Positions 33,398-43,852 of a DNA stretch of 64,000 bases are shown here, piece after piece (position 1 is the stretch's first letter; every line of letters begins with the position of its first letter). The stretch comes from an uncultured delta proteobacterium (GTDB lineage Bacteria > Desulfobacterota > Syntrophobacteria > Syntrophobacterales > Syntrophobacteraceae). The notes below the pieces were generated by a model. The model ran no database searches. It was not told the DNA's origin and saw nothing but the letters and a program-made list of their open reading frames with translations. The stretch spans positions 64,001 through 128,000 of the forward strand of contig CAWEHK010000043.1 of NCBI GenBank assembly GCA_963808625.1, given 5' to 3'. The translations under genes and the position numbers were made by a program.

Positions 33398-36300
33398 TCA
33401 GAGTTCAGAGGTAGAGGGAGGGGACGCCACCACCCGAAACCCGATAAGCCTGAACCAGTCGTTCGGGGAGTTCCTGAAGCGAGCCGCACAGCGCACATAG
33501 TTCGCACTGAGGTCGAACGCGCCGCCGCGCAACACACGGCAAACCTCCTCCGACGCATCCAGATTCTCCCTCCCGTCCCCTACAACATAAGGATATTTAA
33601 ACTCAGACTTCTCCCAGTCCTTACCCCACAGGCTCCTGGTCCACTCCCACACATTCCCAGCCATATCAAGGCAACCATAGGGGCTGGCTCCACCAGGGAA
33701 AATGCCTACCGGAGTAGTATCCTCCAATTCAAGTTCCCGAAGAGTTGCACCGCACCGCATCGAACTGGTCTCCCCAAGGGTAATTGGGGGCGTCCCCATC
33801 GCCTCGCGCTGCCTTTTCCCACTCCGCTTCACTTGGCAGAATGACGTGTTGTCGTGTCATCTCGCTCAGCCAGCGACAATACGACATGGAGTCATGCCAA
33901 GTAACTCCGGTCACAGGATGGCTCTCCCGACCTCTGGGAGGATGTGCTTCCTCCCAACCCCCCGGTGCAGTATGACCCGTTGCCTGGACGAACAAATAGT
34001 ACTGAGCATTCGTTATCGGCACCCGTGAAATGCGAAAAGCCTCCAGGTGGACTTGGTGTCTTGGTCTTTCATGGGTGGAGTGCTCATCACTGCCCATCCA
34101 GAACTTCCCCGCCGGAACAAGGACCCACTCAGGCTGCCCATACGGCGGAGACCAGAGACGATTCCCACCGATTCGAGCCAGAGCTCTTACCGCCGCACTC
34201 CGGCGCTCGGCCAGGGCTTTCGCGCTCATCCCCCGTGATAGAAGAGTGAGAACCGATTTGAACCGTCCTCGAGGCGGAGGAGTGTCCAATTCCTTTCTCA
34301 GCTGTTTCTGAACTTCACTCTCCAGGTTTCCCTGAACCCTATTGCTTCCTACATCCAAGAGGCATTCGGCGGCGAGCACCAGATTATGATACAGCTCCTC
34401 TTCCTGTTGCAAGTCAGCGATGGCCTGTATCAATCGGGTGACCCGCTCTTTCCCATGGGTGCTGAGATACCCGGCTTCGAGCAGAATCACCTCTCGCCAC
34501 CAGGGATCCGGCACACGATCAAGTGTGTAAGCGACATAATCGTCACGGCACGCTACAGCCAGCGCTGTCAGGTACTCCTGAAAGGTGAGATGAGAGAAGC
34601 CGTAGGCCCCCTCTCCGCGAGCCACCAGCAGCCCGGTGCGCTCCTCAATGATCTTCAAAAATCCGTCAACAGCCTTGTTGACCTTCTTCTGATCGCCCAA
34701 ATCATCGAGAAACAATTCAGCCAGAATGGTCTTCAGGTCCTCCAGGGAAATCTCTTTGAGTTGCCTCTCATGCATGGTGAGCGCAAGGGTTTGCAGCATG
34801 ACGCGTTTGTCGCCTATATCAAAGGTCTTTCCTTCCAGCACAGGGACCTCTCGTATCCCTCTGGCCTCATCCCATTTCCCTAAAAGGACATCGACCGCCT
34901 CAGCATAGAGCTCTGCGCGGCGGTCGGGGAGTTGCACGCGATCTCGATGGACCATGGCGATGACCGTCAACATGAGGGGATTGATGGCCAGTTCACGAAT
35001 TCGTGAGTTATCCTGGATGGCTTTCATCAGCTGTCGGGTTTGCTTAGCAGCATACGACTCCGCAGTCAGGCCAGGCCCCATTAGCCCAATGGCCACCATG
35101 CGATGCCAGTTGGTCAGGAACTGCTCGACATCGCCCACGGTGAAATCACGGACCGTCGTCGTGGTAAAGGCTTCCCCCAGGCAGGCTGGGCCGGTATAGC
35201 CAACAATGCGGCAAGTCACCACGTAGCGGCATTTATCGTAAGCTCTGACAAAGCTTTCCACCAGTCGCGACACCCGTTGCCGCAAATCAGGATCGGCGAC
35301 TTCGTCCAGGCCGTCCAACAAGACAACAGCCTTGCCATCGTTCAACCATTCGTCAAAGAAATCCAAGGGCAATACGATGCGTTCTTCTTTTAGCGAGCCA
35401 AACAGGAAATTCAGCAGCCGCGCATGGCCCTCTGTCCCGTCATCGACGGAATGATGGGAGCGCAGAAATGACCCGATCTTTCTCAGCGGCAGGAGGATCG
35501 GCAATCTTCCGCTCTCATCCAGGCCAAGCTCTTCCCGGGCCAGGGAGGTACTCTCGGCAAGGTCTTTTGCATAGAGCAGGGCGACATAGCGCAAGAGGGT
35601 AGTCTTGCCGCTCCCCGGATCACCCAATACAACCAGGCGTGGGTTCGCAGCCAGAGCTTCCTCAACTTTGACCGTGACCGTTTCCGTCACGGGCGCTCCT
35701 TGCTGGTGCAGGCGATGCCTTTCGCCAGGGGCCAACATCAATTCCTCTGCAAGCCATCTCTCCTTTTCCTCGGCGGCTTGACGACGCGTGGCCCGCAGCC
35801 TTACATAGATGCGATCGAGCTCAATATGGACCAGCTTCCCGCCAGAACGTATCCCCTGCAACTGGAGGTACCGGTTGAGACTGATCACATGGGTCAGATA
35901 ACGCCCCATGGCGGAGGCGCGTTCCACGGCAGACATGGCGATAGGCACTTCACCCGCGTAGACCGTTGCCCCATCTTTCGCAATGATTACATGCCCCGAC
36001 ACATTGCCGCCCACCGCCGCACCGCCTTGGCCTGCCGCGATTCCTCTTTTGGTTGCTGCGGCACCGGACCCGGTGACAATGAGGTTATCGCCCCCCTCGT
36101 GTTCAGCGGCTTTGAGCAATTCGGCGAGTTCGCCCGCAAAAGCGGCATCCGACGCGATCAGTTTGCGCAACTCTTTGCGGAACGAGGCTTCATTGTCCTG
36201 GTCTTCGGGGTTGGCAACGAGGTTCTTTACCGCCTCTTCCGCTGGCGCCTTGCCCCTGAACCTAGCCGTGATCGCATGCCACACTTTGCCAACCTGCTCG

Positions 36301-36410
36301 GGCAGTTTCCTGCCCACTTCCTCGGCCGCTTTCTCGCCTGCCTTGGTGAGGTAGGGGATGAGCAAGGCCGTGGCCGACGATGCAATTGATGCAATGGTAA
36401 CCGGGTCCAT
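33398..36410 (-). CDS. DGR target 2: helical N-terminal domain + Gly/Ala-rich motif - NACHT - FGE-sulfatase/CLec protein (about 1000 aa, one frameshift near 33737)
   Basis: AAGGAG RBS then MDPVT; VLGDPGSGKTT, LLDGLDEV, NPLMLT and FSHLTFQEYL; VPAGKFWMG, LPSEAEWEKAARG, DMAGNVWEW and RVLRGG...GFRVV. Confidence 0.9.
33422..33541 (-). repeat. DGR variable repeat VR2
   Basis: 120-bp ungapped match to TR; 15 mismatches at TR adenines, one silent C>T and one C>T at the boundary base. Confidence 0.96.
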
Positions 36411-36465
36411 GGTTTTCTCCTTTGGCTCCCGACAATGTGATCGTGCCATTGAGTTAGAGGACCCA

Positions 36466-36918
36466 TCAATCCTCGTCTTTGACATTTACCACTTGGATGC
36501 TGCCGTGCACATCCCCTTTGACCGCAATGCCACCCTTCCCGGCCGCGACTCCTCCTTTGGTCGCTGCGGCGCCGGACCCGGTCACAATGAGGGTATCGCT
36601 CGCCTCGTCCTGAGCGGCTTTGAGCAATTCGGCAAGTTCGCCGGCAAAAGCAGTATCCGACGCGATCAGTTTGCGCAACTCTTTGCGGAATGAGGCCTCG
36701 TTGTCCCGGTCTTCGGGGTTGGCGACGAGGTCTCTTACCGCCTCTTCGGCCGGGGCTTTGCCCCTGAACCTGGCGGTGATGGCATGCCACATTTTACCAG
36801 CCTTCTCGGGCAGTTTCCTGCCCACTTCCTCGGCCGCTTTCTCGCCTGCCTTGGTGAGATAGGGTACGAGCAGGGCCGTGGCCGATGATGCAATTGTCGC
36901 AATGGTAACCGGGTCCAT
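36466..36918 (-). CDS. Stand-alone 150-aa paralogue of the target-2 N-terminus (Bell/HeLo-like helical domain + putative amyloid motif)
   Basis: 93/102 identical residues to the target-2 N-terminus; own AAGGAGG RBS and stop codon. Domain naming is inference. Confidence 0.8.
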   Translation of the reverse strand: MDPVTIATIASSATALLVPYLTKAGEKAAEEVGRKLPEKAGKMWHAITARFRGKAPAEEAVRDLVANPEDRDNEASFRKELRKLIASDTAFAGELAELLKAAQDEASDTLIVTGSGAAATKGGVAAGKGGIAVKGDVHGSIQVVNVKDED

Positions 36919-37046
36919 GGTTTCCTCCTTTGGCTCCCGCCAGGGTAATTGTGCCATTGAGTTAAGAAGAAAGTTGGCTATACTTTAGCTTCCTTCACGG
37001 AAGGCGATGGAGAACTATTATGACCTATTAAGCGAGAAATGTGCCC

Positions 37047-37826
37047 ATGAAGATTCGCCTGTTTCAGATCGATGCGTTTACCGACACGCTGTTCAAGGGC
37101 AATCCGGCGGCGGTGTGCCCGTTGGATAGCTGGCTCGATGATGCTACCCTCCAGGCCATTGCCGCCGAGAACAATCTCTCGGAAACGGCCTACTTCGTTA
37201 AGCGGTCGGATCACTACAAACTGCGGTGGTTCACTCCGAAAGCCGAAGTGGACCTCTGCGGCCATGCGACGCTGGCCTCAGCTCACGTCATCCTCACCTT
37301 CCTTGACCCGGAGAGCGACGCCGTCCAATTCCAGACGAAGAGCGGCGAGCTTTCGGTCGAGCGACGGGGAGAGCTCCTGGCGATGACGTTTCCGGCCCGC
37401 CCGGGCGCCCCCTGCAAAGCTCCGGAAAGCCTTGTCGAGGCCCTGGGAATGGCACCGAGCGAGTGTTTTCTGGCGCGGGACTACCTGGCGGTCTTCGCGT
37501 CGGAAGCAAGCGTCAAAGCCATCGCCCCCCGAATGGACAAACTGGCCGCCCTGGACTGCCTGGGAGTCATCGTCTCTGCTCCCGGCACGCAATCGGATTT
37601 TGTGTCGCGCTTTTTCGCTCCGAAAGTCGGCATACCCGAAGACCCGGTGACGGGATCGGCTCATTGCACCCTGATTCCCTACTGGGCGGCCAGACTCGGC
37701 AAGAAGAAACTCCACGCGCTGCAGTTGTCCGCACGCGGCGGTGAACTCTTTTGCGAACATCTGGATGACAAGGTCGGCATCGCGGGCCGAGCGGTTACCT
37801 ATCTCGAAGGAACCATCGATGTTTAG
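37047..37826 (+). CDS. PhzF-family epimerase/isomerase
   Basis: DAFT..FKGNPAAV, NLSETAY, EVDLCGHATLA and EDPVTGSAH. Confidence 0.92.
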   Translation: MKIRLFQIDAFTDTLFKGNPAAVCPLDSWLDDATLQAIAAENNLSETAYFVKRSDHYKLRWFTPKAEVDLCGHATLASAHVILTFLDPESDAVQFQTKSGELSVERRGELLAMTFPARPGAPCKAPESLVEALGMAPSECFLARDYLAVFASEASVKAIAPRMDKLAALDCLGVIVSAPGTQSDFVSRFFAPKVGIPEDPVTGSAHCTLIPYWAARLGKKKLHALQLSARGGELFCEHLDDKVGIAGRAVTYLEGTIDV

Positions 37827-37926
37827 CGGTGCCTCATGGGCCGGTTGCGCCGTCTTTTGCTGCCGGCCCCTGGGACCTGGCAGGGCGTTGAAAACCTTCT
37901 GCCAACGTCACCCCGGTGGAAGCTTA

Positions 37927-38143
37927 TAGGCGTCAACTTACGAGGACCTGTAATTACTTTCAGATGCTTACGGCTTTAGCTGCTGGCCGCCGATCGTCAC
38001 CCCCGCATGTTCCCAGCGGGGGTCCAGGGGTTTGAAGGACCTTGCTGGATTCCCGCTGAAAGCAATGCGGGAATGACGTTCGGGAGCTTTTCGGGCCCTG
38101 TAAGCATTCAGTAGTACCTGGAAAACCCTTAAGTTGACGCCTA
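37927..38143. mobile_element. MITE-like element nested within a REP palindrome
   Basis: 14-bp TIR TAGGCGTCAACTTA / TAAGTTGACGCCTA; flanks CGTCACCCCGG... and ...CCGGGGTC...GGAATGACG are halves of a REP. Confidence 0.65.
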
Positions 38144-38316
38144 AGTGCGGAAGCCGGGGTCAAGAAAGCCTTGCAGAGCCTAGATTCCGGTTTTCACCGG
38201 AATGACGAACAGGGCCTCTGAAACGCTTTTTTAACAGTCTGCCAGTCGCCATGGTTAGTGGTTGATGGTTGGCGACTCGGAGTCAAAAGCTCTTGCGGCG
38301 CTTTTTCACAAATCTG

Positions 38317-38604
38317 CTAGTCGCCTTCGAGCTTAAGGCCTTCGGGCGTTACTACTACCGCAGTCAACCCCATCTCACGAAGGTGTTCGGCGAGCGTGAA
38401 CTCTTCCAGGGTAGCCGGAATTTGCTCGGCATGGCAGAAACTGAGGAAAGCCTCAACCACTATAGCCCGATGGGATTTTCCCTCGTGGCGGACGTGGAAA
38501 ACGTGAATTCGCTCTCGGGGCTCGTATTTCATCTCTACCTCCGAACCCGGGAATTCGCTTTGCAGATAATCCTGAACGGCATCCAACTTTTCCTGGTCAC
38601 TCAT
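38317..38604 (-). CDS. Hypothetical protein
   Basis: 95 aa with AAGGAG RBS. Confidence 0.7.
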   Translation of the reverse strand: MSDQEKLDAVQDYLQSEFPGSEVEMKYEPRERIHVFHVRHEGKSHRAIVVEAFLSFCHAEQIPATLEEFTLAEHLREMGLTAVVVTPEGLKLEGD

Positions 38605-38614
38605 GGTAGGCTCC

Positions 38615-38730
38615 TTGCTGGCGGTTGGTGGTTAGCTGTTAGCTCTTGGCTGTTGGCTGTTGGCTCTTGGCTCTTAGCTCTTAGCTCTTGGGTGTTGGGT
38701 GTTGGGTGTTGGGTGTTGGCTGTTGGCTGT
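38615..38730. repeat. Heptamer tandem repeats (GCTGTTG/GCTCTTR/GGTGTTG)
   Basis: 7-nt period. Confidence 0.8.
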
Positions 38731-38921
38731 TATCAGAAAACGATGGACATAGCAACTCGGGCGCGGACATTTTTCTCAGGATGTATAATCGTTAGGCTAG
38801 AAATCTGCTTTCTGTAGGAGCGGCACTTTGCCGCGACCTTGATGAAGTTGCGCCTAAGAGGCGCTCCTACAGAAAGGTGGTGGTTTTGGCAAAGTGAGAG
38901 ATCGCTGCCTTAACCGGTATA

Positions 38922-39033
38922 GCACTCGTCACTCATTACTCGTCACTCATGGCTCATTACTCATGACTCATTACTCGTCACTCATCACTCATCACTCGTC
39001 ACTCATCACTCATCACTCATCACTCATCACTCA
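38922..39033. repeat. Heptamer tandem repeats (CACTCAT/CACTCGT)
   Basis: 7-nt period. Confidence 0.85.
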
Positions 39034-39047
39034 ACAAGATTTTTGAC

Positions 39048-40560
39048 ATGATCTTCAGTTCCGTAATCTTCCTTTTCTTCTTTCTGCCCTGTGTTTGGGC
39101 CGTCTATTACCTGTCCTGGAAGAAAGCGCACGACTTTGCCCTGCTTCTGGCAAGCCTGGTCTTCTATGCATGGGGCGGAAGAGAGCAGGTTTTGGTACTG
39201 CTTTTCTCCATTCTTGTAAACTACCTTGTAGGTTTATCTTTTCTCATCGTCGACCGCGTAGCCGTGGAGAGAAGAACCAGGCTCAATCCTGGCAGCGCCA
39301 CCCCGTCGCAGGCCAGTGTTTCCAGTCCGAGAAAACTGCTTTTCATCCTTGGAATTACGTCTAACCTGGCGCTGCTCACCGGGTACAAGTACCTCAACTT
39401 CCTGGTCGCCAACCTCAACCTGTCACTTGGATGGCTCGACTTCGGACCGATTGCCCTTGATCAGGTCGTTGCTCCGCTGGGGATTTCCTTCTTTACCTTT
39501 CATGCTCTGTCATATCTGGTCGAAACCTACCAATTCAAAGCGGCGCCTCAAAGGAACCCACTCAAATTCGCGCTCTACCTCGCAGTCTTCCCGAAGGTCC
39601 TGGCCGGACCCATTCTAAGATACCACGATGCAGAAAACCAGCTTACAGAAAGACGCATCACCTCCCGGGCGTTCTCGATCGGAATCGAGCGTTTTATCAT
39701 CGGCCTCGGGAAAGAAGGTGCTCATCGCCAATCCCCTGGCTGCCGTGGTCGACAAGATCTTTGCGATACCCGCGGGCGAGCTGGGCTTTGATGTTGCCTG
39801 GCTCGGCCTGGTCTGCTTCACGCTCCAGATCTACTTCGATTTTTCCGGATATACCGACATGGCCATCGGGCTCGGCAAGACTTTTGGTTTCGAGTTCCCC
39901 GAAAATTTCAACTACCCTTACCTTTCCCAGTCCGTCCAGGAATTCTGGAGGAGATGGCACATCTCGCTTTCCGTCTGGTTCCGGGATTACCTTTACATTC
40001 CTCTTGGCGGAAACCGGTGTTCTCCGGCAAAGCACTATCGCAACCTCATCGTCGTCTTTCTGCTCTGCGGCCTCTGGCATGGCGCGAGCTGGAATTTCAT
40101 CATCTGGGGGCTGTGGTACGGCTTGTTCCTGGTCCTCGAAAGGCTCGAAATCGGCAGCCGGCTTCGAGCCGCCTGGCGCCCCGTGCGGCATCTGTATGCG
40201 CTGGGGGTGATCATGATCGGCTGGGTACTGTTCCGAACCGACGATCTTTCCCATGCGCTATACTATCTTCGAGCCCTGTCAGGATTGAACGGGGCCGGCA
40301 GCGGACAATACTATCCGGACCAGTACCTTGACAACGAAGTAGGCCTTATTTTGATCGTTGGAGGAATGGCGGCGCTGCCCCTGGCGACGTTCCTGAAGAA
40401 ACTGAGCGGCGGCTTTGGGGGAAGCCCCTGGGCACGGCACCGGGCAGTAACGTATGGAATTTCAGCAGTCCACATTGCCTTTTTGGGCCTTTTGTTTGTA
40501 TTATCCTGTTCGGCGGTAGCCGTGGGCACATACAATCCGTTTATCTACTTCAAGTTCTAG
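39048..40560 (+). CDS. algI: MBOAT O-acyltransferase, AlgI/DltB-like (frameshift near 39713)
   Basis: PLGISFFTF, LAGPILRY, QIYFDFSGYTDMAIG, EFWRRWHISLS, GLWHGA and YNPFIYFKF. Confidence 0.9.
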
Positions 40561-40738
40561 CCCGCGTCCGATCCACCGAATATCGAATGTCGAACAAGGA
40601 ACCGCAGAATATCGAAGGAGAACAGGGAAGAGGGTACTTCATCATTCGAAATTCCTTGTTCGATATTCGATATTCGTTTTTTTCATCGAGGACATGCTTC
40701 TGGGATGAACATTAGCCGACAAGACTGGAACAGAGCAT

Positions 40739-41851
40739 ATGGTTGCGAGAATTAGGGACTGGCGCCTGCTGTTGATTATTGCTTTCGTCGGCGTGCTCTG
40801 CCTGCCGCTTTTGCAGATGCAGCTGCGCTTCTTCCCCGAACCGGAAAACACCGAAAATCGGGAACTGGCCCAGGCGCCCGCCGGGGATTATGCGTCCTTT
40901 GCTGAATTTGCCGACGGCTGGGAGCGATACGCGGTCGATAATTTTGGCTTTCGTCCTTACCTGATTCGCTGGAACAGCCTTTTGAAGCTGACCCTGCTTG
41001 GGGTTTCCCCCGTTCCGAGCGTGATTCTCGGCAAGGATTCCTGGCTCTTCTACCATTCCGAAGCCCTGGCCGACGGCAACACCATTAATGACTTCCGAGG
41101 GACCATTCCGTTAACGCAGGCAGAGCTGGATAAGCTCCAGAGGCGGCTCGAAGCAAACCAACGGGCGTTTGCGCGGAGAAACATCGCCTACCTGGTGGCG
41201 ATTGTCCCAAACAAGAGCACCATCTACAGTGAATACCTGCCGGACAACATCAGGACCTTTCGGAACACCACCCGCCTCGACCAACTGCTCGACCACATGC
41301 ATCAGCGTTCGCCGGTGAAGGTCCTTGACCTCCGGGACGCCCTCTTCCGGGCCAAGAGCGAACACCCGGTCTACTGGAAAACCGATTCCCACTGGAACAG
41401 CTATGGGGCTTACATCGGCTACGCGGAGATCATGCGGCGCCTGTCCGCTTATCTTCCGGCGCTTGCCGCCGCCCCGATCACCGGCGCCGAGGTAAAGACG
41501 GAACGCTCCCCGACCGGCGGCGATCTGGCGCAAATGCTCTTCCTGCAGGACGCCCTGGCGGAAGAAAACGACACCCGCTTCAGCCTGGACAACGCCCCCG
41601 GCCGGCCTGTGATGGGGACCCTGATCTTCCGCCACGACTCCTTCGGCGATGGGCTCTACCCTTATCTCCGTCGCCACTTCAAGGAACTGGCCAACATTGC
41701 GCCGTTTGCACCCTATCGTTTCGAAGCCATCTTCGCCAAGCGCCCGCAGGCGGTGCTCCATGTCTTCGCCGAACGCTATATCACCCAGGCCATCCATGAC
41801 GACTTCTTCTATGAAGCAGGAGATCAGCCTCAAAATCAGCACCCATCGTGA
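40739..41851 (+). CDS. AlgJ/AlgX-like SGNH O-acetyltransferase
   Basis: ENRELA, GKDSWLFY, PNKSTIY, YWKTDSHWN and DSFG; follows algI. Confidence 0.85.
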   Translation: MVARIRDWRLLLIIAFVGVLCLPLLQMQLRFFPEPENTENRELAQAPAGDYASFAEFADGWERYAVDNFGFRPYLIRWNSLLKLTLLGVSPVPSVILGKDSWLFYHSEALADGNTINDFRGTIPLTQAELDKLQRRLEANQRAFARRNIAYLVAIVPNKSTIYSEYLPDNIRTFRNTTRLDQLLDHMHQRSPVKVLDLRDALFRAKSEHPVYWKTDSHWNSYGAYIGYAEIMRRLSAYLPALAAAPITGAEVKTERSPTGGDLAQMLFLQDALAEENDTRFSLDNAPGRPVMGTLIFRHDSFGDGLYPYLRRHFKELANIAPFAPYRFEAIFAKRPQAVLHVFAERYITQAIHDDFFYEAGDQPQNQHPS

Positions 41852-41870
41852 GAATGGTGACGATATCATC

Positions 41871-42269
41871 TCACCGGAGACTACGAACATATTGATATGA
41901 TAAGATTCTTGCATCTCTTGTGAGGATCGTGGCGTCTTCTTCGCGGGCAGTTGCAACGATAATCTGATCCGCTGGATCGTTATGGAACGGTTGTGGAAGG
42001 TTGGTTGATCGATAGGCTATGGTTGGGGACAAGGGAACCAGCCTTAGCTTGGGCATATCAAGGGCCAAATCGATCCAGTCTTCAGGATTATTTGAAATAC
42101 CGAGCCTGCCTTTTTCGAGCAGCTTGCTGAATTCCCACGGGGAGATCGCTGACAGGAGCAATTCACTGTATTTGGTTATATCACCTATGAGGGAGGTCAC
42201 TTGTTCTGAGAGATTCTGCGGACGCATATGCCACCATATCCAGATATGCGTATCGAGTAGATACTTCAT
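41871..42269 (-). CDS. vapC: PIN-domain toxin VapC
   Basis: YLLDTHIWIW, SAISPWE, HNDPADQIIVATA and LTRD. Confidence 0.92.
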   Translation of the reverse strand: MKYLLDTHIWIWWHMRPQNLSEQVTSLIGDITKYSELLLSAISPWEFSKLLEKGRLGISNNPEDWIDLALDMPKLRLVPLSPTIAYRSTNLPQPFHNDPADQIIVATAREEDATILTRDARILSYQYVRSLR

Positions 42270-42499
42270 TTACAGGATTCCCATATCTCTTCCCCAAGCG
42301 GGGAAACAATATCCTTCTCAAAAACATATGCCTCAGCAAGCTTACCTGGTACAGGATTTGGTTCTTTATTACGATATGGAATAATTTGAGCAAGCGGCTT
42401 TCCGCGTTTGGTTATGACAATCCCTTCCCGTGTCTTTGCAATCTGGTCCAATATTCTTAATGCATGTGCTTTGAATTGACTTATTCCCATTGTTTTCAT
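42266..42499 (-). CDS. Phd/YefM antitoxin
   Basis: ISQFKAH...IVITKRGKPLAQIIP; 4-nt overlap with vapC. Confidence 0.9.
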   Translation of the reverse strand: MKTMGISQFKAHALRILDQIAKTREGIVITKRGKPLAQIIPYRNKEPNPVPGKLAEAYVFEKDIVSPLGEEIWESCK

Positions 42500-42521
42500 A
42501 AAAACCCTCCTCACGCAAATA

Positions 42522-42550
42522 AATATAGTCAAATGAAATGACCATGTCAA
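42522..42550 (-). promoter_or_regulatory. Sigma70-type promoter with overlapping inverted-repeat operator for the TA operon
   Basis: Minus strand TTGACA-17 nt-TATATT; ATGGTCA...TGACTAT imperfect palindrome in the spacer. Confidence 0.75.
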
Positions 42551-42732
42551 TGACGCCTGCGCCCACCGCGGACCACCCGGTTGGTACCTGGAGAGCAGGA
42601 GACTACCGACCCGAAGCGCCACATCATGGGCTTTCCCAGTCTGCCACCTTAGTCATGGCAGGAGGGAAGGCCTGCCCCACATCGATGCGGGAACTCAAGA
42701 GTAAGCAACTTGTTCGTGCCCGGACCGGCACG

Positions 42733-43701
42733 CTAGGCATGGATGCTCAGAAACTCAAGGGCGCGTGATTCCGACCAGTATTCGCCGCTCCTGTCGAATG
42801 AGACAAAACCCACATGCCCGCCGGACTGGGGAGTTTCCAGAAAAAGGAAGGGATTGGCCAGGGCCTCTTGATAGGGATAGCAGGCGAGTGCCAGAAAGGG
42901 ATCGTCCAACGCGTTGACCAGCAGCGTCGGCACGGCAATCCGAGCCAGGAACGGCTTGCTGCTCGATCTTTCCCAGTAGTCTTCGGCGCTCTTGAAACCA
43001 TGAAGCGGCGCCGTATAGCGCTCATCAAAGTCCTGGAAAGTGCGCATGCGTGAGAAGCCGCGATCGTCAATTTCCCCCGGGAATCGATCCATTTTGGCGC
43101 GGACCTTTTCGTGCAGCATGCGCAGGAAGCGCTTCATGTAAATCCTGTTTTCCAGACCGGCCATCTTCCGGGCGCTGCTGGCCAAATCACACGGCACCGA
43201 GAACACGACGGCGGCCCCGATGGTTGGGTTGAGCTCCAGGGCCCGTTCCCCAAGATATTTCAAGATCACATTCCCGCCCAAACTGAACCCAATGAGCGCC
43301 GACTTTTCATAGCGACCGCTTTGAAGGACATGGGTCAGCACGGTATGAAGGTCCGGAGTATCACCACTGTGATAGAAGCGCACCTTTTGATTGGGTTCGC
43401 CACTGCAGCCGCGAAAGTTCCACACCACCGCATCCCACCCATGGCGATTGAGGGCTCGGACCATCCCGAGCACGTAAGGGCGGGTGGAATTGCCCTCCAG
43501 GCCATGAGCGACGATGGCCACCCGGGCCGCTTCGACCGGTGCCCGGTCAAGGTCCAAAAAGTCGCCATCGGGAGTGCTTATGCGCTCACGAAGATAGCCG
43601 ACACCGCTCACGCGACGGAAAAAATTCGGATAGATGGTCTGAAGATGACCGTGGTTGAAAAACAACGGCGGACGGTAGGAAGAATGGCGAAGGATCGGCA
43701 T
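42733..43701 (-). CDS. YheT-like alpha/beta hydrolase
   Basis: HLQTI, HGLEG, GFSLGGN, NALDDPF and GGHVGF. Confidence 0.9.
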   Translation of the reverse strand: MPILRHSSYRPPLFFNHGHLQTIYPNFFRRVSGVGYLRERISTPDGDFLDLDRAPVEAARVAIVAHGLEGNSTRPYVLGMVRALNRHGWDAVVWNFRGCSGEPNQKVRFYHSGDTPDLHTVLTHVLQSGRYEKSALIGFSLGGNVILKYLGERALELNPTIGAAVVFSVPCDLASSARKMAGLENRIYMKRFLRMLHEKVRAKMDRFPGEIDDRGFSRMRTFQDFDERYTAPLHGFKSAEDYWERSSSKPFLARIAVPTLLVNALDDPFLALACYPYQEALANPFLFLETPQSGGHVGFVSFDRSGEYWSESRALEFLSIHA

Positions 43702-43852
43702 CGTGCCCTCAGATTAGTGATTCACTGATCTCCATCCCTTTTCGAACCACGAAGAACACGAAGAGCACGAAGCAATCTTTTCGTGTCCTTCGTGTTCTTC
43801 GTGGTCAAAGAAGGTCATTATTTTTGGACGTCTCCTTATTCTCGGACAGCCC

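Noticed and set aside
33729..33740. Programmed frameshift or phase variation detaching the VR domain of target 2
   Set aside because: It is only a 3-nt run, and the same kind of indel occurs throughout housekeeping genes.
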